Below are positions 1 through 7,908 of a stretch of DNA of 64,000 bases, one piece after another; position 1 is the first letter of the stretch; every line of letters starts with the position of its first letter. The notes under the pieces are model-generated. The model worked only from the letters and a program-made list of their open reading frames with translations, was not told the origin of the DNA and ran no database searches. The position numbers were made by a program, and so were the translations under genes. This stretch comes from Solirubrobacterales bacterium (GTDB lineage: Bacteria > Actinomycetota > Thermoleophilia > Solirubrobacterales > 70-9). The DNA is taken from assembly GCA_038329895.1 (NCBI GenBank), contig JBBQNM010000004.1, forward strand, positions 1,115-65,114. The letters are read 5' to 3'.

Positions 1-6
1 GGCACG

Positions 7-1293
7 GTGCGCGTGCTCGAGGACCGCATCGTGGTCGAGGACCTGACGATCGCCGATCGTGACACCGCACGGGTGGTCCGAGAGCGCGCCGAGGCTGGCG
101 AGGAGCCGGCGCGAACGGTCAGGCGGACGATCGAGATCGGCTCGCGGGTGCTCGACCGCGAGGACACCGCCGCCGAGGTCGATTTCGTGCGGCGCGAGTT
201 CGAACGCATGGCCGCCGAACACCGCGACCAGGTCGACGCTCGCAACCAGCAGACAGTGGAACGCGTCGAGGCGGAGGTTCGCCGGGCATTCGGCGCCGAG
301 GAGTCGGGCGGACTGCTCGGTGCGGCGCTGGAGAGCCACTCGAGCGGCCTCACCGACCAGCTCGCCGAGCTGTTTGAGGACGGCCGAGACAGCGCAGTAC
401 AGGCGCGGATCAAGGAGATGCTGGAGAAGCGCGACGATGCCTTCCTGCGGACCCTGTCGGCCGATGACGAGGCCAACCCCCTGCATCCGGTGCTCGCCGC
501 AGTGCGCAACTGGGCCAAGGAGCGGCGCGACGACCAGAACGCCCGCGACGAGAAGCTCGAGAAGAAGCTGGATCAGCTGCTCCAAGAGGCTGCCGCCCTC
601 GGTGGCATGCAGCGCGGCAGCGAAGAGCTCGCCGCGGCGGTCGAGGCGGGGACCCAGAAGGGATTCGACTTCGAGGACGTCGTCCACGAGGAGATCGAGC
701 GGATCGCCTCGGCGCGAGGCGACGCCGCCCACCACGTGGGTTCGGTCACTAACGAGGCTGGGAGCAAGAAAGGCGACACTCTTGTCGAGATCGGCGGCGG
801 GAACGGCCCGGCGCGCGCCCGTGTCGTCTTCGAGGCGAAGGACAGGAAGCTGAGCCGCAACGACGCCTGGAAGGAGCTGGACGCGGAGCTAAACGGCCGC
901 GACGCCGCCTTTGCGGTTCTCCTGGTGTCGGGCGAGTCAAAGCTCCCGGCCAAGACCGAGGAGCTGCACGAGTACCAGGGCAACAAGATGGTCGTGGTGT
1001 TCGACAAGGAGTCGCTCGACCCGCGTGCGCTCGAGCTCGTCTACCGCTACGCGTGCGCCCGCGCCCTGATGGCCGCGGAGCTGGATCTCGACGTCGACGC
1101 CGCCGGGGTGGACGCTCTGGTGGAGCGGGCCGCCGCAGCGCTGAAGCGAGGCAAGGGAGTGCGCGACAGCCTTACCCGGGCCCAACAGGGCATTGATGGT
1201 GCGCGGGAGGGCTTCGACGCGATCGCCGCGGACGTGGAGAGCTGCCTGGACCAGGTCCAGGAATTGATTGCGCCCGCGGTCGACGCCGACTAG
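7..1293 (+). CDS. hypothetical protein: coiled-coil N-half plus C-terminal PD-(D/E)xK-like (DUF2130/RmuC-like) nuclease candidate; 5' end may lie upstream of the window
   Basis: 428-codon ORF with G/C-rich third positions. C-terminal pattern KGDTLVEIGG...VVFEAKDRKLS...FAVLLVSGE resembles D..ExK cores of DUF2130-type proteins. No in-frame stop between window start and pos 7. Confidence 0.55.
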   Translation: MRVLEDRIVVEDLTIADRDTARVVRERAEAGEEPARTVRRTIEIGSRVLDREDTAAEVDFVRREFERMAAEHRDQVDARNQQTVERVEAEVRRAFGAEESGGLLGAALESHSSGLTDQLAELFEDGRDSAVQARIKEMLEKRDDAFLRTLSADDEANPLHPVLAAVRNWAKERRDDQNARDEKLEKKLDQLLQEAAALGGMQRGSEELAAAVEAGTQKGFDFEDVVHEEIERIASARGDAAHHVGSVTNEAGSKKGDTLVEIGGGNGPARARVVFEAKDRKLSRNDAWKELDAELNGRDAAFAVLLVSGESKLPAKTEELHEYQGNKMVVVFDKESLDPRALELVYRYACARALMAAELDLDVDAAGVDALVERAAAALKRGKGVRDSLTRAQQGIDGAREGFDAIAADVESCLDQVQELIAPAVDAD

Positions 1294-1296
1294 GCC

Positions 1297-1788
1297 CTAG
1301 GGAAGAAGCAACTCGTTCTGCGAGGAAACGCGGACCGGCCCGACATAAAACGGCGCCGGCTTTGCCCCTGGTAGGTCGGCCGCCTCGAGCGTGTAGTGGC
1401 CGGTCCCGAGCGCGACCTTGTAGACGTTGTTGCCCTTGGGGACGATCGGGCCGGAGCGTTTCTCTGACCCGCCCGGGCCGTGGATCTCAAGTGTGGTCTG
1501 GGTCGCAGTGGTGTTGGAGGTCGTGAAGTTGACGACCTGGTCCTTGGTGTCTGCGCTCGGCTCTTTGACGCCGTTCTGGCTCAGCGGGGCGCCGTTCGCG
1601 CGCTTTACCCCGACCGCGGCCGGCTGGGCCGAGACGGAGCTGCTGGTGATGTTCACCGTCACCTCCGCCGCGAGCGGGGGCCGGGGATCATTGGGGTGGC
1701 TCGTGGGTCCACACCCAACGCCGAGTAACCCCAGCGCGAACGTGCCGATTGCGGCCAGGATCGCCTGTTTGCCTCTCCCGCGACCCAT
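1297..1788 (-). CDS. secreted lipoprotein of unknown function
   Basis: ATG at 1788 gives MGRGRGKQAILAAIGTFALGLLGVGC, a lipobox-type signal peptide. The 28 codons upstream in the tracked ORF look like run-on. Confidence 0.6.
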   Translation of the reverse strand: MGRGRGKQAILAAIGTFALGLLGVGCGPTSHPNDPRPPLAAEVTVNITSSSVSAQPAAVGVKRANGAPLSQNGVKEPSADTKDQVVNFTTSNTTATQTTLEIHGPGGSEKRSGPIVPKGNNVYKVALGTGHYTLEAADLPGAKPAPFYVGPVRVSSQNELLLP

Positions 1789-1844
1789 CTCGGCCCAGAA
1801 TCTAGCCGACTCGACCCGGCACGCGCCCCGGTCAACGGGTTTTT

Positions 1845-1954
1845 GCCGCGGCGCTGCGCCGCGGCACAGCACTTGTGGCTGCTCCGCAGCCTGACATGCA
1901 TGTGCCGGTGCCTGGGCACCGGCCAGGCACGACTGTCAGGCGCCGGAAGGCGCC
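1845..1954. repeat. GC-rich multi-hairpin intergenic element containing the CCTGACATGCAYGTGCCG motif (copy 1 of 3)
   Basis: Hairpins GCCGCGGCG-CTG-CGCCGCGGC (1845-1865), GCCGGTGC/GCACCGGC, CTGACA...TGTCAG and GGCGCC-GGAA-GGCGCC (1939-1954). Motif CCTGACATG at 1890-1898. Related copies at 7804 and 12066. Confidence 0.45.
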
Positions 1955-1967
1955 GCAAATTCTGTCT

Positions 1968-2918
1968 TCAGCCGAACCAAACCGAGTTCCGCGCCCTCAG
2001 CATCTCCTCCAGCTGGACCTGGATCCGGGCCCGGATCTCCTCCGCGATCGCCTGAATCGCGCCCGAGTCCTCGGCGATCTCCGGCCCGTACTCGGACATG
2101 TCGACCGGCTCGAGGAAGCGGATCTTGAACTTCGCCGGCAGGTACATCAGCCCCGCCGCGAGGCCGAATTGCGGGAACGCGTGGTTGAGGGGGAAGTAGA
2201 TCAGGCCGCTGATCCGTTGCAGCGGGCGCAGGTGGGCGAAGATCGGCATTGCCTCCTCGGCCCCAACGACGGCGATCGGGACGATTGGGACGCGGGCGCG
2301 GATCGCGGTGCGCACGAAGCCCCCGCGGCCGAAGCGGCGCAACCGGTAGCGCTGCCAGAGCACCTTGCGGCTGCCCTTCTGGCCCTCCGGGAAGGCGATC
2401 GCCAGCCGACCCTCGTCGTGGAGCAGCCGCTGGGCGTTGTCACGGTGGGCGCTGACCATTCCGAGCTTGTTGGCGAGCATCCCGACGCCGGGAAAGCCCT
2501 TGAACCAGTTCTCGCCCAGCATGTAGAGCGGGCGGGGATTGGGGTGCTCGTTGCGGATCGCCTCCATCACCATCGGCCCGTCCGGCGGAAGCGCGCCCGA
2601 GTGGTTGGCGACCAGCAGCGCCCCGCCCTGCGAGGGGACGTTCTCGATGCCCTCGGTCTCGACTCGAAACCAGTAGCGGTAGTAGAAGTTCAGCAGCGGC
2701 TCGACCAGCGACACGAAGCTCTCGGAGCGGCCCCAGTCGTCAAGCGAGCGCTCCTCGTCGGTGGCGGGGAGCAGCGCCCGCAGGTCGCGCAGGTTGGCGC
2801 GCTCTGGCACGACCTCGGGCGTGACCTCGGGCCGAGCGTAGTCGTCGGCGCGTGGGTCAAAGCTCGCCGCCACGGACGCCTCTTCGGCTCCCGCCCTCGC
2901 TTCTACCGGCCCGCCCAT
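1968..2918 (-). CDS. 1-acyl-sn-glycerol-3-phosphate acyltransferase family (PlsC-like) protein
   Basis: LVANHSGALPPDG and AFPEGQKG acyltransferase blocks. ATG at 2918. An alternative GTG at 3029 overlaps the upstream stop as GTGA. The N-terminal 211 codons of the tracked 527-aa ORF are Arg/Pro-rich run-on. Confidence 0.8.
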   Translation of the reverse strand: MGGPVEARAGAEEASVAASFDPRADDYARPEVTPEVVPERANLRDLRALLPATDEERSLDDWGRSESFVSLVEPLLNFYYRYWFRVETEGIENVPSQGGALLVANHSGALPPDGPMVMEAIRNEHPNPRPLYMLGENWFKGFPGVGMLANKLGMVSAHRDNAQRLLHDEGRLAIAFPEGQKGSRKVLWQRYRLRRFGRGGFVRTAIRARVPIVPIAVVGAEEAMPIFAHLRPLQRISGLIYFPLNHAFPQFGLAAGLMYLPAKFKIRFLEPVDMSEYGPEIAEDSGAIQAIAEEIRARIQVQLEEMLRARNSVWFG

Positions 2919-3025
2919 CGGGGGCTCGGTGACCACCGGGCCGCCGACCAGCGGACTGTCGGGTCCGAGGCGGCGCCGGCCACCCAACCAGCGGCGGTGG
3001 GTGCTGGGGCGCCTGGCCCCGTCGC

Positions 3026-3991
3026 TCACCGGTCGGCTCCGAATGGCAGCTCGACGACCTCTGCCGTTGCGGTTCCGTCGCCGACTCGAACGGTGTTGCC
3101 CGGCTCCGCTTCGCGGCGCACGACCGCAAGGGCGATCGGCCCGAGGGCGGGGGAGACGCAGGCGGTGCCGATCGAGCCCACGTCGCGGTCCTCGAGCTGC
3201 AGCGCGGCGCCTGGCTCCGCCGGCGCGCCGAGCCGTAGGCCGCGAAGCCGGCGGTTGGGCTTGCCTCGGTAATGCAGCCTGGCGACCGGCTCCTGGCCGA
3301 TGTAGCAGCCCTTCTCGAAATCGACTGCCCGCTCGACGATCCCGGCCTCGGCCGGCATCGTCGACTCGCCCATCTCGGCGCCCAAGCGGGGGCGCCCAGA
3401 CTCCACTCGGGCGATCTCCGCGGCAGCCTCGGTGATCTCGACGGCGCCAGCGGCGCTCAGCAGCTTGCGGAGCGAGGCCTGCTGGTCGACCCTGGTGATC
3501 AGGTCGAGGCCGAGATCGGTGGCCACCCCAAGCACCTCGACCCCGTCCCACTCACGGAAGCGCTGCGCATGCTCCGGCCCCAGCCCCTCGAAGCCGGCAA
3601 TCCCGGCGGCCCGCGGACCGAGCAGCGCGGTGATCGCCCAGCGATCGGAGACGTCCTCGATCTCGACCTCGCGCCCGACGGAATAGGTCTGGAGGTGACG
3701 GAGCACCGTGGGGACGGCTTGTGGCTCGAGGTCGAGCCAGATCTCCCCGCTGCTCAGCCGCAGGACCCGCATGTCCGCCTGGATGTGCCCCTTGCGGTCC
3801 AGCAGTGCCGCGTAGCAGCCCCCGTCGGCGCCGAGCGCCTCGACGTCGTTGGTGAGCTGCCCCTGCAGATACTCGGCCGCTTCGGGGCCGCGCACGATCA
3901 GCTTGCCCCGTTCTGAGCGGTCCAGAAGGCCGGCCTCCTCGCGCAGCACCCGGTACTGCGCGTCCAGCTCGGGCATCGCCTTGGTTGCCAT
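3026..3991 (-). CDS. ygfZ: folate-binding YgfZ/GcvT-like (aminomethyltransferase-fold) protein
   Basis: N-terminus YRVLREEAGLLDRSERGKLIVRGPEAAEYLQGQLTNDV and C-terminal KGCYIGQE block are typical of the YgfZ/CAF17 family. Confidence 0.75.
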   Translation of the reverse strand: MATKAMPELDAQYRVLREEAGLLDRSERGKLIVRGPEAAEYLQGQLTNDVEALGADGGCYAALLDRKGHIQADMRVLRLSSGEIWLDLEPQAVPTVLRHLQTYSVGREVEIEDVSDRWAITALLGPRAAGIAGFEGLGPEHAQRFREWDGVEVLGVATDLGLDLITRVDQQASLRKLLSAAGAVEITEAAAEIARVESGRPRLGAEMGESTMPAEAGIVERAVDFEKGCYIGQEPVARLHYRGKPNRRLRGLRLGAPAEPGAALQLEDRDVGSIGTACVSPALGPIALAVVRREAEPGNTVRVGDGTATAEVVELPFGADR

Positions 3992-4002
3992 CTCCCATAT
4001 CC

Positions 4003-4021
4003 TATCTTTAGGCTAACCTAA
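4003..4021. promoter_or_regulatory. DtxR/IdeR-family operator candidate upstream of the regulator-mntH operon
   Basis: TATCTTTAGGCTAACCTAA matches 15/19 positions of the iron-box consensus TTAGGTTAGGCTAACCTAA. Contains near-palindrome TTTAGGCTAACCTAAA (4007-4022), about 30 nt upstream of the ATG at 4051. Confidence 0.6.
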
Positions 4022-4050
4022 ATTTGAATTTCGTCCGACAGAACCGAACG

Positions 4051-4761
4051 ATGGCCCCGAGCACTCACGCCCGCCACGAGAAGCCCGCCGCCGCATCGGA
4101 AGCGATCGAGGACTACGCAAAGGCAATCTACGCGCTCTCGCGGCGCTCCGGGCGGCCGGTGGGCACCAGCGAGCTTGCGGCCCGCCTCGGCGTCGCCCCG
4201 GCAACCGCGACGGCGATGCTGAAGCGACTCGACGGCATGGGATTGGTCCATCACCAGCCCTACCACGGTGGCAGCCTCACCCCGGCCGGCGAGCGAGTGG
4301 CGCTGGAGGTGATCCGCCACCACCGCCTGCTCGAGTCCTACCTCAGCGAGGCGCTGGGCATGCCCTGGGACCGCGTGCACGAGGAGGCCGAGGTGCTGGA
4401 GCACTACATCTCCGAGGAGCTCGAGGGGCTGATCGCGGCGAAGCTGGGGGAGCCCAGCCACGACCCGCATGGCGACCCGATTCCGGGGCCGGACCTGGAG
4501 TTTCCCGACGAGGCGGGCAGCCGCCCATTGGAGGCCCTGGAGGACGGCGAGACGGCGACCTTCACCCGCGTCTCGGACAGCGACTCGCAGATGCTCCGCT
4601 ATCTGGCCGAGCGCGGGATAAGGCCCGGAGCCCGCGTGGTGGTGAAGGGGCGCCAGCCGTTCGGCGGACCGGTCTTCGTCGAGGTCGACGGCGCCGAGCA
4701 CGCACTCGGCGGCGAGCTGGTTCGGCGGATGCGCGTTTCGGTTGCCGAGCAGGCCCGATGA
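4051..4761 (+). CDS. mntR: DtxR-family metal-dependent transcriptional regulator (MntR/IdeR-like)
   Basis: AIEDYAKAIYAL...TSELAARLGVAPATATAMLKRLDGMGLV...TPAGERVALEVIRHHRLLESYL...HEEAEVLEHYISEEL is the DtxR N-terminal HTH plus metal-binding/dimerisation pattern. Stop overlaps the mntH start as ATGA. Confidence 0.85.
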   Translation: MAPSTHARHEKPAAASEAIEDYAKAIYALSRRSGRPVGTSELAARLGVAPATATAMLKRLDGMGLVHHQPYHGGSLTPAGERVALEVIRHHRLLESYLSEALGMPWDRVHEEAEVLEHYISEELEGLIAAKLGEPSHDPHGDPIPGPDLEFPDEAGSRPLEALEDGETATFTRVSDSDSQMLRYLAERGIRPGARVVVKGRQPFGGPVFVEVDGAEHALGGELVRRMRVSVAEQAR

Positions 4762-6074
4762 AGCCGCCTCCGCCGCCCCCCGGCGAAGCCACCGTCGAGG
4801 ACGTCCTTCCCGGCGAGGCCGCGGTCGCAGCGGCCGCGCGCCGCTCGCTTGAGGGGCGGGCCCAGGGTTTGAACAGGGTGTGGCCGTTCCTCGGCCCCGC
4901 CTTCGTCGCCGCGGTCGCCTATATCGACCCGGGCAACTTCGCGACCAATATCGCCGGGGGAGCGAAGTTCGGCTACCTGCTGCTCTGGGTGGTTCTGGCA
5001 GCGAACCTGATCGCGATGGTGGTGCAGACCCAGTCGGCGAAGCTCGGGATCGCCACCGGCAAGAACCTCGCCGAGGCCTGTCGCGAGGCGTTCCCGCGCC
5101 CGGCCTCGATCGGGCTCTGGATCCAGGCCGAGATCGTCGCCATGGCGACCGACATCGCGGAGGTCGTCGGTGCGGCGCTCGGCTTGTACCTCCTGTTCGG
5201 AATCCCGCTCTTCCTCGCCGGACTGATCGCGGGGGCGGGGGCCTTCGCGATCCTCGGCCTCCAGCAGATGGGCTACCGGCGGCTGGAGGCGGGGGTCTCG
5301 GTACTGGTCGGCGTCGTCGTGCTCTCGTTCATCGCCGAGCTGTTCTACGCCAAGCCCGACGCGGGGGAAGTAGCTCGACACTTAGTGATCCCGGGCTTTG
5401 GCGGCACCGAGAGCATTCTGCTGGCGACGGGGATCATCGGGGCGACGGTGATGCCGCACGTGATCTACCTTCACTCGGCGCTGACCCAGAAGCGGATCGT
5501 CGGCCGCGATGACGAGGAGCGGCGGCGCATCCTTCGCTTCGAGAAGGTCGACGTGGTGATCGCGATGTCGATCGCCGGGGTCGTCAACCTCTCGATGATG
5601 ATGGTGGCCGCGGCGCTCTTCCACAGCAGCGGGCTTGCCAACATCGACACGATCCAGGGCGCCTTCGACGGCTTCAAGCATCTTGTCTCGCCGAACGCGG
5701 CGACGATCTTCGGCGTCGCGCTGCTCGCCTCCGGCTTTGCGTCGTCGTCGGTGGGAACGATGGCCGGGCAGGTGGTCATGCAGGGCTTCATCCAGCGCCG
5801 CATCCCGATCTTCGTGCGCCGGGCGGTGACCCTGGCGCCGGCCCTTGTCGTGCTTGGAATCGGTCTCAATCCGACCGACGCGCTGGTCGGGAGCCAGGTG
5901 GTGCTCTCCTTCGGCATTCCCTTCGCGCTGGTGCCGCTGCTGCTGATCGCCGGGCGGCGCGACGTGATGGGCTCGCTGGTCAACCCGAGGTGGGTCTCGG
6001 CGGTCGCCGGCACGCTGGCGGCGCTGATCATCGCGCTGAACCTGTTCCTGCTCCAGCAGGTCTTCTTCGCCTAG
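4758..6074 (+). CDS. mntH: NRAMP-family divalent metal (Mn2+/Fe2+) transporter MntH
   Basis: DPGNFATNIAGGAKFGYLLLWVVL signature, multi-TM profile and length of about 438 aa. Confidence 0.9.
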   Translation: MKPPPPPPGEATVEDVLPGEAAVAAAARRSLEGRAQGLNRVWPFLGPAFVAAVAYIDPGNFATNIAGGAKFGYLLLWVVLAANLIAMVVQTQSAKLGIATGKNLAEACREAFPRPASIGLWIQAEIVAMATDIAEVVGAALGLYLLFGIPLFLAGLIAGAGAFAILGLQQMGYRRLEAGVSVLVGVVVLSFIAELFYAKPDAGEVARHLVIPGFGGTESILLATGIIGATVMPHVIYLHSALTQKRIVGRDDEERRRILRFEKVDVVIAMSIAGVVNLSMMMVAAALFHSSGLANIDTIQGAFDGFKHLVSPNAATIFGVALLASGFASSSVGTMAGQVVMQGFIQRRIPIFVRRAVTLAPALVVLGIGLNPTDALVGSQVVLSFGIPFALVPLLLIAGRRDVMGSLVNPRWVSAVAGTLAALIIALNLFLLQQVFFA

Positions 6075-6092
6075 AGGGCTACGCTTCGACCG

Positions 6093-6455
6093 ATGGCCCT
6101 CGCTGACGACTTCCAGGAGCTGCTCGATTCGCTGCCGGCCGATTGGACCGACCTCGAGCTGGACCTGCGGATCGACGACGAGAATCGCTACGTGGACGCG
6201 GCCGTGATCCTCAGCACCGTCAACGCGCAGCCCTATTCGAAGGCCGACTGGCACTGGCGCCTGCTCGTCGCCCACAGCTTCGGGCACGCGGCGGCGGCGG
6301 AGACCGTCAATGGCGTGCTGGTAAAGCTCGACGGGGGAGGAATCGGGGGCGAGATGGCGCTGCGCGAGGTGCGCGAGGGCCGAGCGGAGGTGGTGCAGAT
6401 GTGGGGGCGGCCGGAGAGCGTCCGCGAGGAGTTCCGTCAGCGCCGCAGTCTCTAG
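6093..6455 (+). CDS. hypothetical protein
   Basis: 120-codon ORF with good GC3 bias and non-repetitive composition. No recognisable motif. Confidence 0.5.
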   Translation: MALADDFQELLDSLPADWTDLELDLRIDDENRYVDAAVILSTVNAQPYSKADWHWRLLVAHSFGHAAAAETVNGVLVKLDGGGIGGEMALREVREGRAEVVQMWGRPESVREEFRQRRSL

Positions 6456-6457
6456 GC

Positions 6458-6781
6458 GTGGCCCATATCGTCGTGATCGCGCCCGAGCTTTTGCTTGGCA
6501 CCCGCGTCGAGGAGACGCTGACCGCGGCTGGGCACGAGGTCGCGCTTGCGCCGACGATCCCGGAGGCATCGCTGGACGGGGCCGAGTTGCTGATCGCCGA
6601 CCTCGAGCACAGTGAACCGGACGCCCTGGTGGGGCTCGGCCTCCCGGTGCTCGGCTTCTACCCTCACACCGACGCCGAGCTGCGCCAGAGGGCGGAGGCG
6701 GCGGGCGTCGACCTGGTGGTGCCGCGCTCGCGACTGGTTCGCGAAATGCCCCAGCTGGTCGAGCGCCTACTCGGCGACTAG
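6458..6781 (+). CDS. hypothetical protein
   Basis: GTG at 6458, 3 nt after the preceding stop. Only the last 107 codons of tracked ORF 6143..6781 look protein-like (VAHIVVIAPELLLGTRVEETL...). Confidence 0.45.
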   Translation: MAHIVVIAPELLLGTRVEETLTAAGHEVALAPTIPEASLDGAELLIADLEHSEPDALVGLGLPVLGFYPHTDAELRQRAEAAGVDLVVPRSRLVREMPQLVERLLGD

Positions 6782-6788
6782 TCGCGCG

Positions 6789-7769
6789 TCATCCGAGCGG
6801 GAACGCTTGCGCCTCGACCTCCTTCGCCCGGGCGATCGTCGCTGGGCCGGCGAGGATCCCGTGCTCGGCGTCCCAACGCGCCCACCCGACCAGAGCGGCC
6901 GTTCGCAGCTGCCCTGGTGGCGAGAGAGCGGACAGGAGCACGTGCAGCTCGGCCTGCTGCTCGGCGCGGTCGAGACCGGGGTTCGCGGCAAGCAGGTTGT
7001 CGAGTCCAGCGGCGGGATCCCGCAGCGTGGCCTGGTAGCCCCGCCTCGTGGCGCCGACAACCCCGCGCACCAGCTCCGGATCGTGCTGAAGCGTGGACGG
7101 CGACGTGCACAGCACCAGCTCGGGGTAGCCCGGAGCCCCATAGCGGTCCACCTTGAATACCCGCACCGGGACACCCTGTCGTCGCAGCGCAACGGCCTCG
7201 GCGTTCCAAAAGCCGGTCGCCGCGTCGACCTTGCCCGCGGCGAGGTCGACGACCGCGTTGAAGCCGATCGTCACCCGATCGACCTTCGCCGGGTCGCCAC
7301 CGTCGGCCGCCACCTCTGAGTCCACCACGGCGTCGTCGGAGGGCAGTCCGGTGACGCCAACGCGCCGGCCCTCCAGGTCGCGGGGTCGACGAACCGGCCC
7401 GTCCGCGCGGGCGATCACCGAGGCCAGCGGCCGCTGCACGATCGGTGCAATGCCGACCAGGTTCAACCCACGCTCGCGGGCGATGCCGAGGTCGTGGATG
7501 TCGAGGATCGCGAAGTCGGCCCTGCCGGCCTCGAGCAGCTTCGGGGCGTCGGTCGAGGCCGACGGAGCACGCACTTCGAGGTTGACGCCGGCGTCGCGGT
7601 AGTAGCCGCGCCGCAGCGCGACGTAGATCCCGCTGTGCACGGCGTTGGGCGTGAAGTCCAGCACGAGGGTCGCCCTCTGAGGAGCGCCCGGTTCAGCGCC
7701 GTCCCCTCCACAGCCCACGACGGCGAGCCCGAGCAGGACGGCCGCCAGCGACGCGACGACCATTCTCAT
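6789..7769 (-). CDS. ABC-transporter substrate-binding lipoprotein, NMT1/THI5-like (ThiY/SsuA-type)
   Basis: MRMVVASLAAVLLGLAVVGCGG lipoprotein signal from ATG 7769. LVLDFTPNAVHSGIYVALRRGYY block is typical of NMT1-like binding proteins. Confidence 0.75.
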   Translation of the reverse strand: MRMVVASLAAVLLGLAVVGCGGDGAEPGAPQRATLVLDFTPNAVHSGIYVALRRGYYRDAGVNLEVRAPSASTDAPKLLEAGRADFAILDIHDLGIARERGLNLVGIAPIVQRPLASVIARADGPVRRPRDLEGRRVGVTGLPSDDAVVDSEVAADGGDPAKVDRVTIGFNAVVDLAAGKVDAATGFWNAEAVALRRQGVPVRVFKVDRYGAPGYPELVLCTSPSTLQHDPELVRGVVGATRRGYQATLRDPAAGLDNLLAANPGLDRAEQQAELHVLLSALSPPGQLRTAALVGWARWDAEHGILAGPATIARAKEVEAQAFPLG

Positions 7770-7790
7770 GCGCGCGCCAGCATATTCTGC

Positions 7791-7838
7791 GGCGCCTTCG
7801 GCGCCTGACATGTCACTGCCGCGACACTTTGTGTCGCC
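7791..7838. repeat. intergenic hairpin element with CCTGACATG motif (copy 2 of 3)
   Basis: GGCGCC-TTC-GGCGCC hairpin followed by CCTGACATGTCA (perfect palindrome TGACATGTCA 7806-7815) and GACAC-TTT-GTGTC. Confidence 0.4.
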
Positions 7839-7908
7839 AAGACAATTGCTGGCCGGATGGCCGAGTGCGGCGCAACTCGTCCCCGTTCGGTCAGTTATTG
7901 ATTCGTAG

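Noticed and set aside
1875-3272. 465-aa ORF on the + strand
   Set aside because: It is antisense to the PlsC-like and YgfZ-like genes. Composition is Arg/Ala/Pro-rich and low-complexity, typical of shadow ORFs in high-GC DNA, and it has no motifs.
5382-6569. 395-aa ORF on the - strand
   Set aside because: It is antisense to mntH and the downstream small genes, with a shadow-type composition rich in Arg/His/Asp/Pro.
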